Positions 19,548 to 28,317 of a DNA stretch of 64,000 nt are shown piece after piece. A program made the translations under genes and the position numbers. The notes beneath the pieces were generated by a model. The model saw only the letters and a list, made by a program, of their open reading frames with translations. It searched no databases and was not told where the DNA came from. Positions within the stretch are counted from its first letter, which is position 1, and every line of letters starts with the position of its first letter. Origin of the DNA: Myxococcota bacterium (GTDB taxonomy: Bacteria; Myxococcota_A; SURF-8); NCBI GenBank assembly GCA_965140415.1, contig OZ223209.1:3840001-3904000 (forward strand), given 5' to 3'.

Positions 19548-22277
19548 ATGATGAAGCGAACGAGAATGACGGTTCTGGTTTTCTGTTTTGCTCTTCTGCT
19601 TAGCTGTAGCCCGGATACGGTGACGCCCCCGGCGGAGTTGACCCAGGTCAAAACGGAACAGATGAACTTTCGCGACGCCTACGGCAGATACGTCTTTCTA
19701 AACGGCGTCAATGCCAGCGGAACGGCCAAAGTCCCGGTGAGCGTGGACCCGGTCAGTTATGTCGGACGTCCTTTTAAAGAGGAAGAAGCCGACGAATGGT
19801 TCGCCAAGCTCTCACGCGACGGGTTCAACTCGATTCGCTATATCGCCACCTGGGATGCCGTCAATCACGAAGCACCGGGCGTGTACGACACCGAGTATCT
19901 GGATTATCTGGAGAACATGGTGCAGGCCGCTAACCGTCACGGGATTTACGTTCTGGTCAATTTCCATGAAAACCTCTTCAGCCGCCATTTTTACTCCGTC
20001 TTCAACGACAAACCGGAACTCGGCGAGCCGGGAAGCCTGGAATCCATGCTGGGTAGCCTCTTCCCTGCCGAAGATCCAGAAACCGGGGAACTGTATTACG
20101 ATTCCCGCGTCGAAGGCGATGGCGCGCCCCGCTGGGCTGTGGAAGCCTGCGCCCCGGAAAAGAATCTGGATCATCAATCCTACGGGATGCTGCGGCTGCT
20201 TGGCTCGCTGGCCAAGCCGGGCAACCTGAACAAAATCATCGAAGCCATGACGGTATTACTGGGCGGTGGCGACATGGGCGACAGTTCCGAGCTGATCTCC
20301 TTTTTCACCGACCAGATTCTGACACTGAGCACCAAGGATTACATTCCCTTCAACATCGATGAAACCAACGACATGTTTCCCTTTACCCTCTGGGCAATGA
20401 ATTCCTTCTTCTCGGTGGATGTTGAAAAATGCTACGCCGCGTTCTTCGCCGGGGATGTCGCCTTCCCGGATCGTTACATCGACGGCAAGCAGATCAAGGA
20501 TTACCTGCAAGAAGGCCACATGAACGCCTGGCTACAGGTCGTCAAGCGGTTGAAGAACTACCCCAACGTCATCGGCTACGACATGATGAACGAACCGACC
20601 GGCATCTTTATTATTCTCTCCGTACTGTCGGCCTACGTTTCAGCGGGCTTCGATAACACCGCCGCATTCACGGCAGTAAGCGAGTTACTGGGAGAAGATA
20701 CCGGCAACGCCGTCTACAACCTGATCGACGGCCTGGAGATTCTGCCGTCTCTGCCCATCCAACTTGAGCAGGAGCACATAACGGAGCAGGCGACCGAACC
20801 GTTGCTGCGCCTGGCCCGAAACGCCGCCGAAGCGGAACTGATGCTGCTTCTAAGCCAATTACCGACGGACATCGATGACAATGCATTCGTGGCTGAACAG
20901 ACGGCGGCTATCCAGCGGGCGCAGGCTTCCATCGATTCGGGTTTGACTTCTCTATTCGAATCGCTTGCAAAAGGCAGTGCGTACTACACGGAAGCAATTC
21001 AAACTGAGTTGCAGGAAATGGCGAATAAGGCGATTGAAGATTACATGACCGGCACCATCGAAACCGCCAATGCGGATCTGCAAAACCTGCCGGTGGGATT
21101 CGACGCCGAAGCGGGAACGCTGATCAAAGTACGCGCTATGGAAAAAGAGTGGGAAAGCGTTTCCGGCGCGGCAAATGACTCGATGAGTTCCACGCGCATG
21201 GAAATGATCGCCGCCTACTGGAACGAGATCAAGGCCGATTGGGGTCTGGCCGATTTCGACGTCCTGGCTGGACTCGGCCTGAACATGAACTTCGACCGCA
21301 ACTACGTCCTGCGCTATTTCACGCGCCTGGGCAGCGCCATTCAAAAGGAAGACCCCAACGCCATCGTCTGGGTGGGGGATTCGCTGGGACTGGGCGTCAT
21401 TACCGGCGGGGACGGCATCCCCATGACCAACAGTTCCATGTACAAACCCGACGAACTGGGGCAGCTCGTTTCGGCGTATCACACCTATCCGGGCAGCATT
21501 TATCCGCTGGGGCTCTGGCAGGTTCCGCCGCAATCCTACGAACCGCAGGAATGGGCGCGGCGCGATTATTCCGGGGAAATCGAGAAGAAAATCAACCGCA
21601 CATTAAACAGCTACGGCGATGTGCCGGTGGTATTCACCGAGTTCGGCACCTACTTCAATTTCAACTGGAATCTGAAAGACAAAGATCAGATTCTTGAAAC
21701 ACTTGAAAAAGACGGCTACGAGGTTTCCGCCACGATCCTGAACATGGAATACGAAGCCATGGATACGCACTTCGCCCATCGCATGGTCTGGTGCATGAGC
21801 CCCGAGAACGACTACCAACTGGGCGACCTGTGGAATCACGAGGATTTCTCGGTGTATGGTCCCGACCGCGAACCGCGCGCGGCAGAAGCCTGGATTCGAC
21901 CCGTGCCTCGATTCGTGGCGGGGGAACCGATTGCCATGCACTTTCATTCGGACTATCACTGGTTCGACCCGGACAAAGGGCAGCCGGAGGACTGGGAAAA
22001 GGGAGAATTCTACCTTTCCTACGAATCCAAGGAAAGCGAGATGCCCAGCGAGATTTACGTGCCGGAGTTGCAATACCCGGAAGGATTTTACGTCTGGTTC
22101 TCCGATGGCTGGGGCCTATACGACAAGGAGGCGCAGACGCTGTACCACTATCCCGACGCGGACGACCCGGAGGATATCCACGAGATCACCATCCGGCGAC
22201 CGCTTGAAGGGCGGGAGATGGAAGGCTGGAGTTTGTATTTCGACGGCGAACGCCTGATCACGGCCACACGGAATTAA
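19548..22277 (+). CDS. GH5 glycoside hydrolase lipoprotein (endoglycoceramidase-like) with large insertions
   Basis: LLLSC lipobox. FRDAYGRYVFLNGVN, GFNSIR, GYDMMNEP (acid/base), VFTEFG (nucleophile), RPVPRFVAGEP and a GH5 C-terminal-like domain. AAGGAG RBS. Confidence 0.85.
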   Translation: MMKRTRMTVLVFCFALLLSCSPDTVTPPAELTQVKTEQMNFRDAYGRYVFLNGVNASGTAKVPVSVDPVSYVGRPFKEEEADEWFAKLSRDGFNSIRYIATWDAVNHEAPGVYDTEYLDYLENMVQAANRHGIYVLVNFHENLFSRHFYSVFNDKPELGEPGSLESMLGSLFPAEDPETGELYYDSRVEGDGAPRWAVEACAPEKNLDHQSYGMLRLLGSLAKPGNLNKIIEAMTVLLGGGDMGDSSELISFFTDQILTLSTKDYIPFNIDETNDMFPFTLWAMNSFFSVDVEKCYAAFFAGDVAFPDRYIDGKQIKDYLQEGHMNAWLQVVKRLKNYPNVIGYDMMNEPTGIFIILSVLSAYVSAGFDNTAAFTAVSELLGEDTGNAVYNLIDGLEILPSLPIQLEQEHITEQATEPLLRLARNAAEAELMLLLSQLPTDIDDNAFVAEQTAAIQRAQASIDSGLTSLFESLAKGSAYYTEAIQTELQEMANKAIEDYMTGTIETANADLQNLPVGFDAEAGTLIKVRAMEKEWESVSGAANDSMSSTRMEMIAAYWNEIKADWGLADFDVLAGLGLNMNFDRNYVLRYFTRLGSAIQKEDPNAIVWVGDSLGLGVITGGDGIPMTNSSMYKPDELGQLVSAYHTYPGSIYPLGLWQVPPQSYEPQEWARRDYSGEIEKKINRTLNSYGDVPVVFTEFGTYFNFNWNLKDKDQILETLEKDGYEVSATILNMEYEAMDTHFAHRMVWCMSPENDYQLGDLWNHEDFSVYGPDREPRAAEAWIRPVPRFVAGEPIAMHFHSDYHWFDPDKGQPEDWEKGEFYLSYESKESEMPSEIYVPELQYPEGFYVWFSDGWGLYDKEAQTLYHYPDADDPEDIHEITIRRPLEGREMEGWSLYFDGERLITATRN

Positions 22278-22293
22278 AGAAAGGAGAAGGGAC

Positions 22294-23697
22294 ATGAAAA
22301 CGCTTACGAATTGCCTGTGTCTGATTCTTCTTTCCGCCGCCATCGCGATGTTACCTATGACAGCCTTGGCCGAAGAGAAACAACCAGCCGAGCAAACCAA
22401 TAACCAAGTCGAACCGAAAAAGGTAGAGCAGAACTCCTGGCAGGATCACGTTTCGCTCGGCTTCGAATTTTTGACGCTGTTCGTGTATCGCAACGATGCG
22501 GACTTCGACCGGACGGACGCCAATTACGAATATGGACAGGATGTGGGATTGATCGGCACCTATTTAAAACCTGCTATCGACGTGCAGGTCGTCGAACAGT
22601 TACGCCTGCACTGGGATATGGAAGTGGGCCTGGACCTTTGGAGTCGCAACGACCCGGAGGTGGGACTGGGCCAGTCCGACGGCAGCCATGGTGCGTCGCT
22701 CAGCCTCAAGCAGCGCGAGTTGTACGCAGATATCTGCTACGAAGGCTTCTTCGCACGCCTCGGCTACCAGCATCTACAGGATGTCAGCGGGTTGTTCATC
22801 AACCACTGGATCGGCGCGGCGGATCTGGGCTTCCGCTTCGACGGCGGACACTCGATCCGGGCGTTTGTCGGCCAGCTTCCAGATCAGACCTACGAAGGCT
22901 GGCGCATCGAGGATAACAACTTTAAAAACGACGTGTTTGTGTATGGTGCCGACGGCGTCTATACCTTCAGCGAAATCGGGTCTTTCAAGCTTGGCGCGTA
23001 CGGACTGCACGACGGCTCGGTGCGCGGCAAGGATCGCGACATCGGCGCACTGGCAGCCGCCGTCGCACTGGGAAAGGATTCCTGGGACGCCACGCTGTCA
23101 TTGATCGGCCAATACGGACAACTCGAAAAGGGCGCGGCGGACGGCACCGACGCTACGCTGTTAGCTTATGGCTTGAGTGTAGACGGCGGCTATCGCATCG
23201 AGTGGTTTTCCTTCCGCCTGTCGGGCGCGGTACTCAGCGCGGATGATGACGAACTGGGCAACGACAGCCTGGCCTTCGTCTGGTCGGGCAAACGCCCCGG
23301 CGTCAGCATCCTGTTAAGCGAAAACGAACTGCGCGATTTAGGCGACAACCTAGATGAACGCGCCAGCGTGTACGACGGCTTCTTCCACAACACCCTGGCC
23401 GGTTTGGGCGGCGCAGATCTCGGCTTGTACTTCCACCCGCTCGACTCGCTCACGCTGGGGATCGTCAGCGCCGGTTTGTGGACCTTGAACTCCGAACGTG
23501 CGTTAGGCGGCGAACTGATCGCATTGGAAGAGGAACTGAGCCTGGTCTACACGGCGTTCAATGAAAAACTCGAACTGCAACTTACCGGCGGCCTGCTGAT
23601 TCCCGGCAAAGCCGGAGCAGCTTTCGTAAACGCCATCGATAAGACGGAAACAGAGATCGTCGGTTTCGTGCAGGTGGGCGTGTTGTTGAGGTTTTAA
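22294..23697 (+). CDS. Outer-membrane beta-barrel protein (alginate-export-like)
   Basis: Signal peptide, alternating amphipathic strands, RELYADI/ARLGYQ motif and C-terminal Phe. Begins 16 nt after GH5 with an AGGAG RBS. Confidence 0.7.
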   Translation: MKTLTNCLCLILLSAAIAMLPMTALAEEKQPAEQTNNQVEPKKVEQNSWQDHVSLGFEFLTLFVYRNDADFDRTDANYEYGQDVGLIGTYLKPAIDVQVVEQLRLHWDMEVGLDLWSRNDPEVGLGQSDGSHGASLSLKQRELYADICYEGFFARLGYQHLQDVSGLFINHWIGAADLGFRFDGGHSIRAFVGQLPDQTYEGWRIEDNNFKNDVFVYGADGVYTFSEIGSFKLGAYGLHDGSVRGKDRDIGALAAAVALGKDSWDATLSLIGQYGQLEKGAADGTDATLLAYGLSVDGGYRIEWFSFRLSGAVLSADDDELGNDSLAFVWSGKRPGVSILLSENELRDLGDNLDERASVYDGFFHNTLAGLGGADLGLYFHPLDSLTLGIVSAGLWTLNSERALGGELIALEEELSLVYTAFNEKLELQLTGGLLIPGKAGAAFVNAIDKTETEIVGFVQVGVLLRF

Positions 23698-23704
23698 GGA
23701 TTTT

Positions 23705-23777
23705 TGTCGGTCAGAAAATCTGACGGATCTACGCTGTTGAATTATTATAGTTGGAGCGGGGCTCCCGTCCCGCTCCA
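23705..23777. repeat. REP-like palindromes
   Basis: TGTCGGTCAGAAAATCTGACGGATCTAC (near copy at 25072) and TGGAGCGGGG-CTCCCG-TCCCGCTCCA. Confidence 0.65.
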
Positions 23778-23800
23778 GGTTTGTTTTCATGAAAAACCGA

Positions 23801-23829
23801 TTGACTACGAATGAATATTGAGGTATCTT
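23801..23829 (+). promoter_or_regulatory. sigma70-type promoter
   Basis: TTGACT-17 nt-TATCTT upstream of 23945. Confidence 0.45.
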
Positions 23830-23944
23830 GCTTAATGTAGTGCTTATCCTCGCCACGGATCGCCTGCCGTCTGCTTCGCAGTTGCGGAAAATAAAACTGT
23901 TTTATACGACCATCTGAATTCACCATACAATAAAAGAGGGGACC

Positions 23945-24886
23945 ATGAAATCCCAGCCATTGATTCAGCTAATATTACTCGCTTTCGGGCTTTGCCTTCT
24001 CTCCGCCTGCTCGAATGATGATCCCGTGATTACGGATGGAGATACAGAGGTTACTGAAACGGATGTAGAAACCCCTATCCCAGATGGTGACAGCGACCCG
24101 GACCTAGATGAAGAAGTAGAATTAAGCGAAAACGTTGAAAGTGCAGAAGAGGTTGAGAATTTTGAAATCACGGAAAGTGACAATGCGGAATCGGTAGAAG
24201 AGGATATAGTAGAACATGATGCAGAATTGGAGACCGTGAAAGTGGAAGTGAGGTTAATTGTATCATCATTGTCTCCAGCAACGCTTAGATACGATAATAA
24301 GGAACATATAGTTCCAAAAGTAGAGCCTGTTAATCCAGGGGATATCCCATATCCAGTAATTGAGGTGCCAAAAAACAGTTCGTTTGAATTTGTTCTAGAT
24401 TCTCAAGCCTGGATAACCAATGTTATCCCGGGACTAACAGAAAACGATGATTTCTCCTTTGATCCTCCAAATGTAGTTAACTATATCCCTAGTGATCTTG
24501 CACAGGAGCTTGGATTCGAAGCAGATACTCAAAAGGGAATGATCAAAATTGGATTTTCTTACATTTCCCAAGGTTCTGCTTGTGCTATTGGATGTAGTGC
24601 CAGTGTAGACGTGTCTTATGGCGCTTGCTATGCAACTCGGGATGGCCAAACCCAGTTAGGTTGTTATATAACACCTAGAAATTCGTACATTGAATTTGCC
24701 AATGTCGAACCGGGGCCGGTAAATGTAACCGTTGAGACATGGGCAGGTGCCGGGATGCAATGTCGCCTACGGGCCGGGGGCGAATACCGTGAGAACCCCG
24801 TAATCCCGGTAATGGTTTACCCCGGTTCCGCTACCGTACTGGACATGGATTGTATTGGTTGTACAGAAGTAGACGGGGATGAATAG
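23945..24886 (+). CDS. Hypothetical lipoprotein with acidic linker and AT-rich core
   Basis: LLSAC lipobox, GAGGGG RBS, DGD motifs at both termini (ends VDGDE). Confidence 0.75.
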   Translation: MKSQPLIQLILLAFGLCLLSACSNDDPVITDGDTEVTETDVETPIPDGDSDPDLDEEVELSENVESAEEVENFEITESDNAESVEEDIVEHDAELETVKVEVRLIVSSLSPATLRYDNKEHIVPKVEPVNPGDIPYPVIEVPKNSSFEFVLDSQAWITNVIPGLTENDDFSFDPPNVVNYIPSDLAQELGFEADTQKGMIKIGFSYISQGSACAIGCSASVDVSYGACYATRDGQTQLGCYITPRNSYIEFANVEPGPVNVTVETWAGAGMQCRLRAGGEYRENPVIPVMVYPGSATVLDMDCIGCTEVDGDE

Positions 24887-24892
24887 CTACAG

Positions 24893-25099
24893 TGTCGGGT
24901 CAGATGACACGACCAAAACATGTGGAGCATGGCAGGAGCCATGCACCAACGGAGGGTGTTTGTCTTCATGGTCGGGACAGGAGCCCCGACCGGAAACCGA
25001 TGGTTCAAGACAGGAGCCTTGAACCATCCAAGAGGCAAGCCTGCGGCTTAGCCCGCGCCACCCAGAATTCTTGTCGGTCAGAAAATCTGACCGACCTAC
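24893..25099. repeat. Cluster of hairpin/REP-like elements, three sharing a CAGGAG loop
   Basis: Hairpins at 24894-24913, 24923-24948, 24970-24991, 24999-25028 and 25072-25099, plus a 28-mer at 25034-25061 repeated at 37620. Confidence 0.75.
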
Positions 25100-25149
25100 A
25101 GCCTACAGCCCCCCTACCCCGTTTTAGCGAATAAACCGACTCCGCGCTT

Positions 25150-26091
25150 CTAGAAATCCGCGCCGATGTTGAAGCTGTAATTGTAGACGTTCGCGCTGGT
25201 TACAATGACTTCCGGCGCGAGGTATACATACGTGGCGATCAGGCGCAGGCCGAAGAAGCCGCGATGAATGATGGGTTCCTGCTGGTCCAGTTTAAGCAGG
25301 ATGCCGTTGTTGTTCGAATCGAAACTGGGGTTTAACACGCGCGGCGCGGCGATGGCGTAAACCAGGCTGTAACCGGCATAGGGAGCCAGCTTGATGAAGC
25401 CGCCCAATCCCCAATTGTAGGAGATGTGCAGATCCCAACTGAACAGGTCCATCTCCATGTCGTTACTGCCGAATAAATGGCTGTAGTTCATTTGAATCGC
25501 CATGTCCGGCACGTAGGGGTGAATGTTCTCGACAAAGGCGAACTTGCCTTCGATGCCCAGCAGATACATTTCGGTGTTGATGATGTAGGTGCCGATGAAG
25601 CCGATTTCAAAGGACATCGGCAGGCCCTTGCGCACGTGCAGTTGCACGGTATCCAGATGGCCGGGCGCATCGGTGGCCTTGGAACGCTTGCCGTTACGCA
25701 CCGGGTTCAAATCGAGGTTGTGTTCCACACCGCTCAGGGCATCGTCCCAGTAATGACAGGCTTTGGGGTTGGTGGCGCTGCCGCAGTTGTTGTCGTCGGG
25801 AATGTCGTTGTAGCTGTATTCCATGCTCACGTTCCAGCCCGACCAGCCCAGGGTGTCGGCAGTGGCGTGGTATTTGGGTGAGAGCACGGCGGCCAGTTGC
25901 TCGGCGAATTTGTCGAACTTGGCGTTATCCGGAATGGCTGTGAGGCCATCGGAGGAAGCCAGGCAGGTTCCGTTAGCCGCCCGGTCGCAAAAACGCCACA
26001 GCGACAAATCGTATTTTGCAGCGTGGACGGGCGCGGCAAACAGCAGCAGCGCGATCACAGCCAACAGAATCGGAAAAGACATCTTGCGCAT
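25150..26091 (-). CDS. Secreted, probable outer-membrane beta-barrel protein
   Basis: Signal peptide ending VHA-A. HVRKGLPMSFEIG motif, amphipathic strands, C-terminal YSFNIGADF. Confidence 0.7.
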   Translation of the reverse strand: MRKMSFPILLAVIALLLFAAPVHAAKYDLSLWRFCDRAANGTCLASSDGLTAIPDNAKFDKFAEQLAAVLSPKYHATADTLGWSGWNVSMEYSYNDIPDDNNCGSATNPKACHYWDDALSGVEHNLDLNPVRNGKRSKATDAPGHLDTVQLHVRKGLPMSFEIGFIGTYIINTEMYLLGIEGKFAFVENIHPYVPDMAIQMNYSHLFGSNDMEMDLFSWDLHISYNWGLGGFIKLAPYAGYSLVYAIAAPRVLNPSFDSNNNGILLKLDQQEPIIHRGFFGLRLIATYVYLAPEVIVTSANVYNYSFNIGADF

Positions 26092-26140
26092 AGGAACCCC
26101 TTTTGTCCCAGACTGTGGGTGCATGTGGTAACTTAGGCGT

Positions 26141-26169
26141 AACCTATCAAAAACATTGCATTTTGTCAA
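26141..26169 (-). promoter_or_regulatory. sigma70-type promoter
   Basis: TTGACA-17 nt-TAGGTT. Confidence 0.5.
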
Positions 26170-26237
26170 GTCACACGATGGAAGCCGCAACAGCGGACGC
26201 CCATGCAAATACCGCGAATTTCTTTCATACCAGGGGC

Positions 26238-28175
26238 TTAGTTCCCTGAAATCGCGTCCTTCGACAGAATCTTGAATTCAACCCGGTTGTTTTCCTCGCG
26301 TCCCTTGCGAGTGCGATTGCTGGCGATCGGCTGCTCACTGCCAATACCAACCGCCTTGACCGTGCCCTCTGCCAATCCATGATTGACCAGATAGGCCTTT
26401 ACCATCTGCGCACGCGCCAGCGACAATTCCTTTTGAATCTTCTCGCTTACACCTGCGTCCGTGTGGCTTTCGACGATCAACAGACCATAAGAACCGTGCG
26501 CCTTGATCGTTTGTACGATCTGGTCCAGCAGCGAGAAACTGCTGCGCTTGAGCAGAGCGGCGGCTGGCTCGAATTCGACCTTGGCCTTCAGTTCCAGTCG
26601 GTCGCCCTTGTCGATGACCACGACTTCGCCCTCATCCGGGCAGCCGTCGGCGTCTTCATTTCCGTTGATGGTTTCCGGCTGCACCGGGCAGCGGTCGTCG
26701 GCATCGAGTACGCCGTCGCGGTCGTTATCCGGTTCGGGACAGCCATCCTCATCCTGGAAGAAGTCCTTGTCTTCGACTTCGTTGGGGCATTGATCGCTCG
26801 TATCCAGAATACCGTCCTTATCGTTGTCCGGATCGGGACAGCCATCCTCGTCTTCAAAGCCGTCTTTGTCTTCGGCCTGCAACATGCACTGATCCTGGAT
26901 GTCCTCGATGCCGTCCTCATCCGTATCCAAATCCGGGCAACCGTCTTTATCGCGGTCGCCGTCCTTATCTTCGGCGGCCATCGGGCACTGATCCTGAATA
27001 TCCGGGATGCCGTCCATATCGTTGTCGGTGTCCGGGCAACCATCCGAATCGCGATAGTCGTCTTTGTCTTCGGCTTCATCCGGGCATTGATCGACCGCAT
27101 CCAGCAGGCCGTCTTCGTCGTTATCCGGGTCGGGACAGCCGTCTTCGTCTTTAAAGCCGTCCACATCCTCCGGTTGATCGATGCACTGGTCCACTTCGTC
27201 GATCGAGCCGTCTTTATCCTGATCGGGTTTATCCCAATTCCATCCGAGGTTCACGAAGAATCCCGCCGGACCAACACCGTAACCGCTGTTCAACCCGACT
27301 TCCACCGCCGCCGATACGCTGATGCCATACTGCTCCACGAGGTAGCGCGCTCCCAGATCCAGGAACAAGGGATTGTTGAAGCGTTGGTTGAAAGGTTCCT
27401 CTGCCAGCGTCGAACCACGGAATTCCAGCAGTGCGGATAAATTCTCGATTGGCGTGAAATATTGCGCACCTATCGCAAAGAGCAGTTCATCATCGATCTG
27501 CTGAGAGAACTTGCTGCCGCCATTCGGGGTGATGATTTCATAAACCTTCACTTCATCGCGGATGCGATAACCCACATTCGCCGCGAGCAGCACCGGGCCC
27601 ACCTGACCATCCACAACCAGAACGAATTCCGCACCCACACCGTGATTGCCGAAATAGCTGCCTTCGTCGCCACTTGGGAAAACCAGGGTCGTGACCAAAG
27701 CCAGACCGACCGGCCATTTTTCGCGATCCAACGCACGGAATTTCTGATGCAAGCGGAAATCGCCGAAGGCCGATGTGCTGATGCCACGGTCGGCCTCGAA
27801 ACCATCGCCGTTCTGATAAAGCAGCACCGGCAGATCGAAACCGGCTTCGTAGTAATCGCAAAACGCCATGGCGAAAGTCAGATCCATTTTCAGGCGGTCG
27901 CCGATCAACTCCTTGGTTTCACGGCTTGTACGATCACCGGCAAGCTGAGTCATTACCAGCGGTTGGTTCATGTAGTGCAAGTACAGACCGGCGCCAAGCC
28001 GGTATTGAGGATACATCTGGCTGCTGTGCATGGTGAGCAGGCCGTAATTATCCATCGGCGGGTTGAATGCGTTGGCATCGAACTCCTGGCTTTGCGCCAG
28101 CACCGGCGTCGACAAAGACAACAGCGCCAACGACGCCAGAAAGGCTATCACATACCATGAACCCCGAAACTGCAT
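26238..28175 (-). CDS. OmpA-family protein: N-terminal beta-barrel, thrombospondin type-3 repeats, OmpA-like peptidoglycan-binding domain
   Basis: Repeated DxDxDGIxDxxDQCP...EDxDGxxDxDGCPD. C-terminal SHTD, LSLARA and NNRVEF. GGAGG RBS before ATG 28175. Confidence 0.9.
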   Translation of the reverse strand: MQFRGSWYVIAFLASLALLSLSTPVLAQSQEFDANAFNPPMDNYGLLTMHSSQMYPQYRLGAGLYLHYMNQPLVMTQLAGDRTSRETKELIGDRLKMDLTFAMAFCDYYEAGFDLPVLLYQNGDGFEADRGISTSAFGDFRLHQKFRALDREKWPVGLALVTTLVFPSGDEGSYFGNHGVGAEFVLVVDGQVGPVLLAANVGYRIRDEVKVYEIITPNGGSKFSQQIDDELLFAIGAQYFTPIENLSALLEFRGSTLAEEPFNQRFNNPLFLDLGARYLVEQYGISVSAAVEVGLNSGYGVGPAGFFVNLGWNWDKPDQDKDGSIDEVDQCIDQPEDVDGFKDEDGCPDPDNDEDGLLDAVDQCPDEAEDKDDYRDSDGCPDTDNDMDGIPDIQDQCPMAAEDKDGDRDKDGCPDLDTDEDGIEDIQDQCMLQAEDKDGFEDEDGCPDPDNDKDGILDTSDQCPNEVEDKDFFQDEDGCPEPDNDRDGVLDADDRCPVQPETINGNEDADGCPDEGEVVVIDKGDRLELKAKVEFEPAAALLKRSSFSLLDQIVQTIKAHGSYGLLIVESHTDAGVSEKIQKELSLARAQMVKAYLVNHGLAEGTVKAVGIGSEQPIASNRTRKGREENNRVEFKILSKDAISGN

Positions 28176-28317
28176 GGTTCCTCCGCTTTGGTCTATTGCA
28201 CGCATAAAAAAGCACTTTATCATTACATCAGGCACTTGAATTTGTAAAGAAATTAGCGGTCTGCGCCAGAAGTTGAATCGCGATGAGGCAGAATTTTGCA
28301 ATCTTTTTACATAAAAC

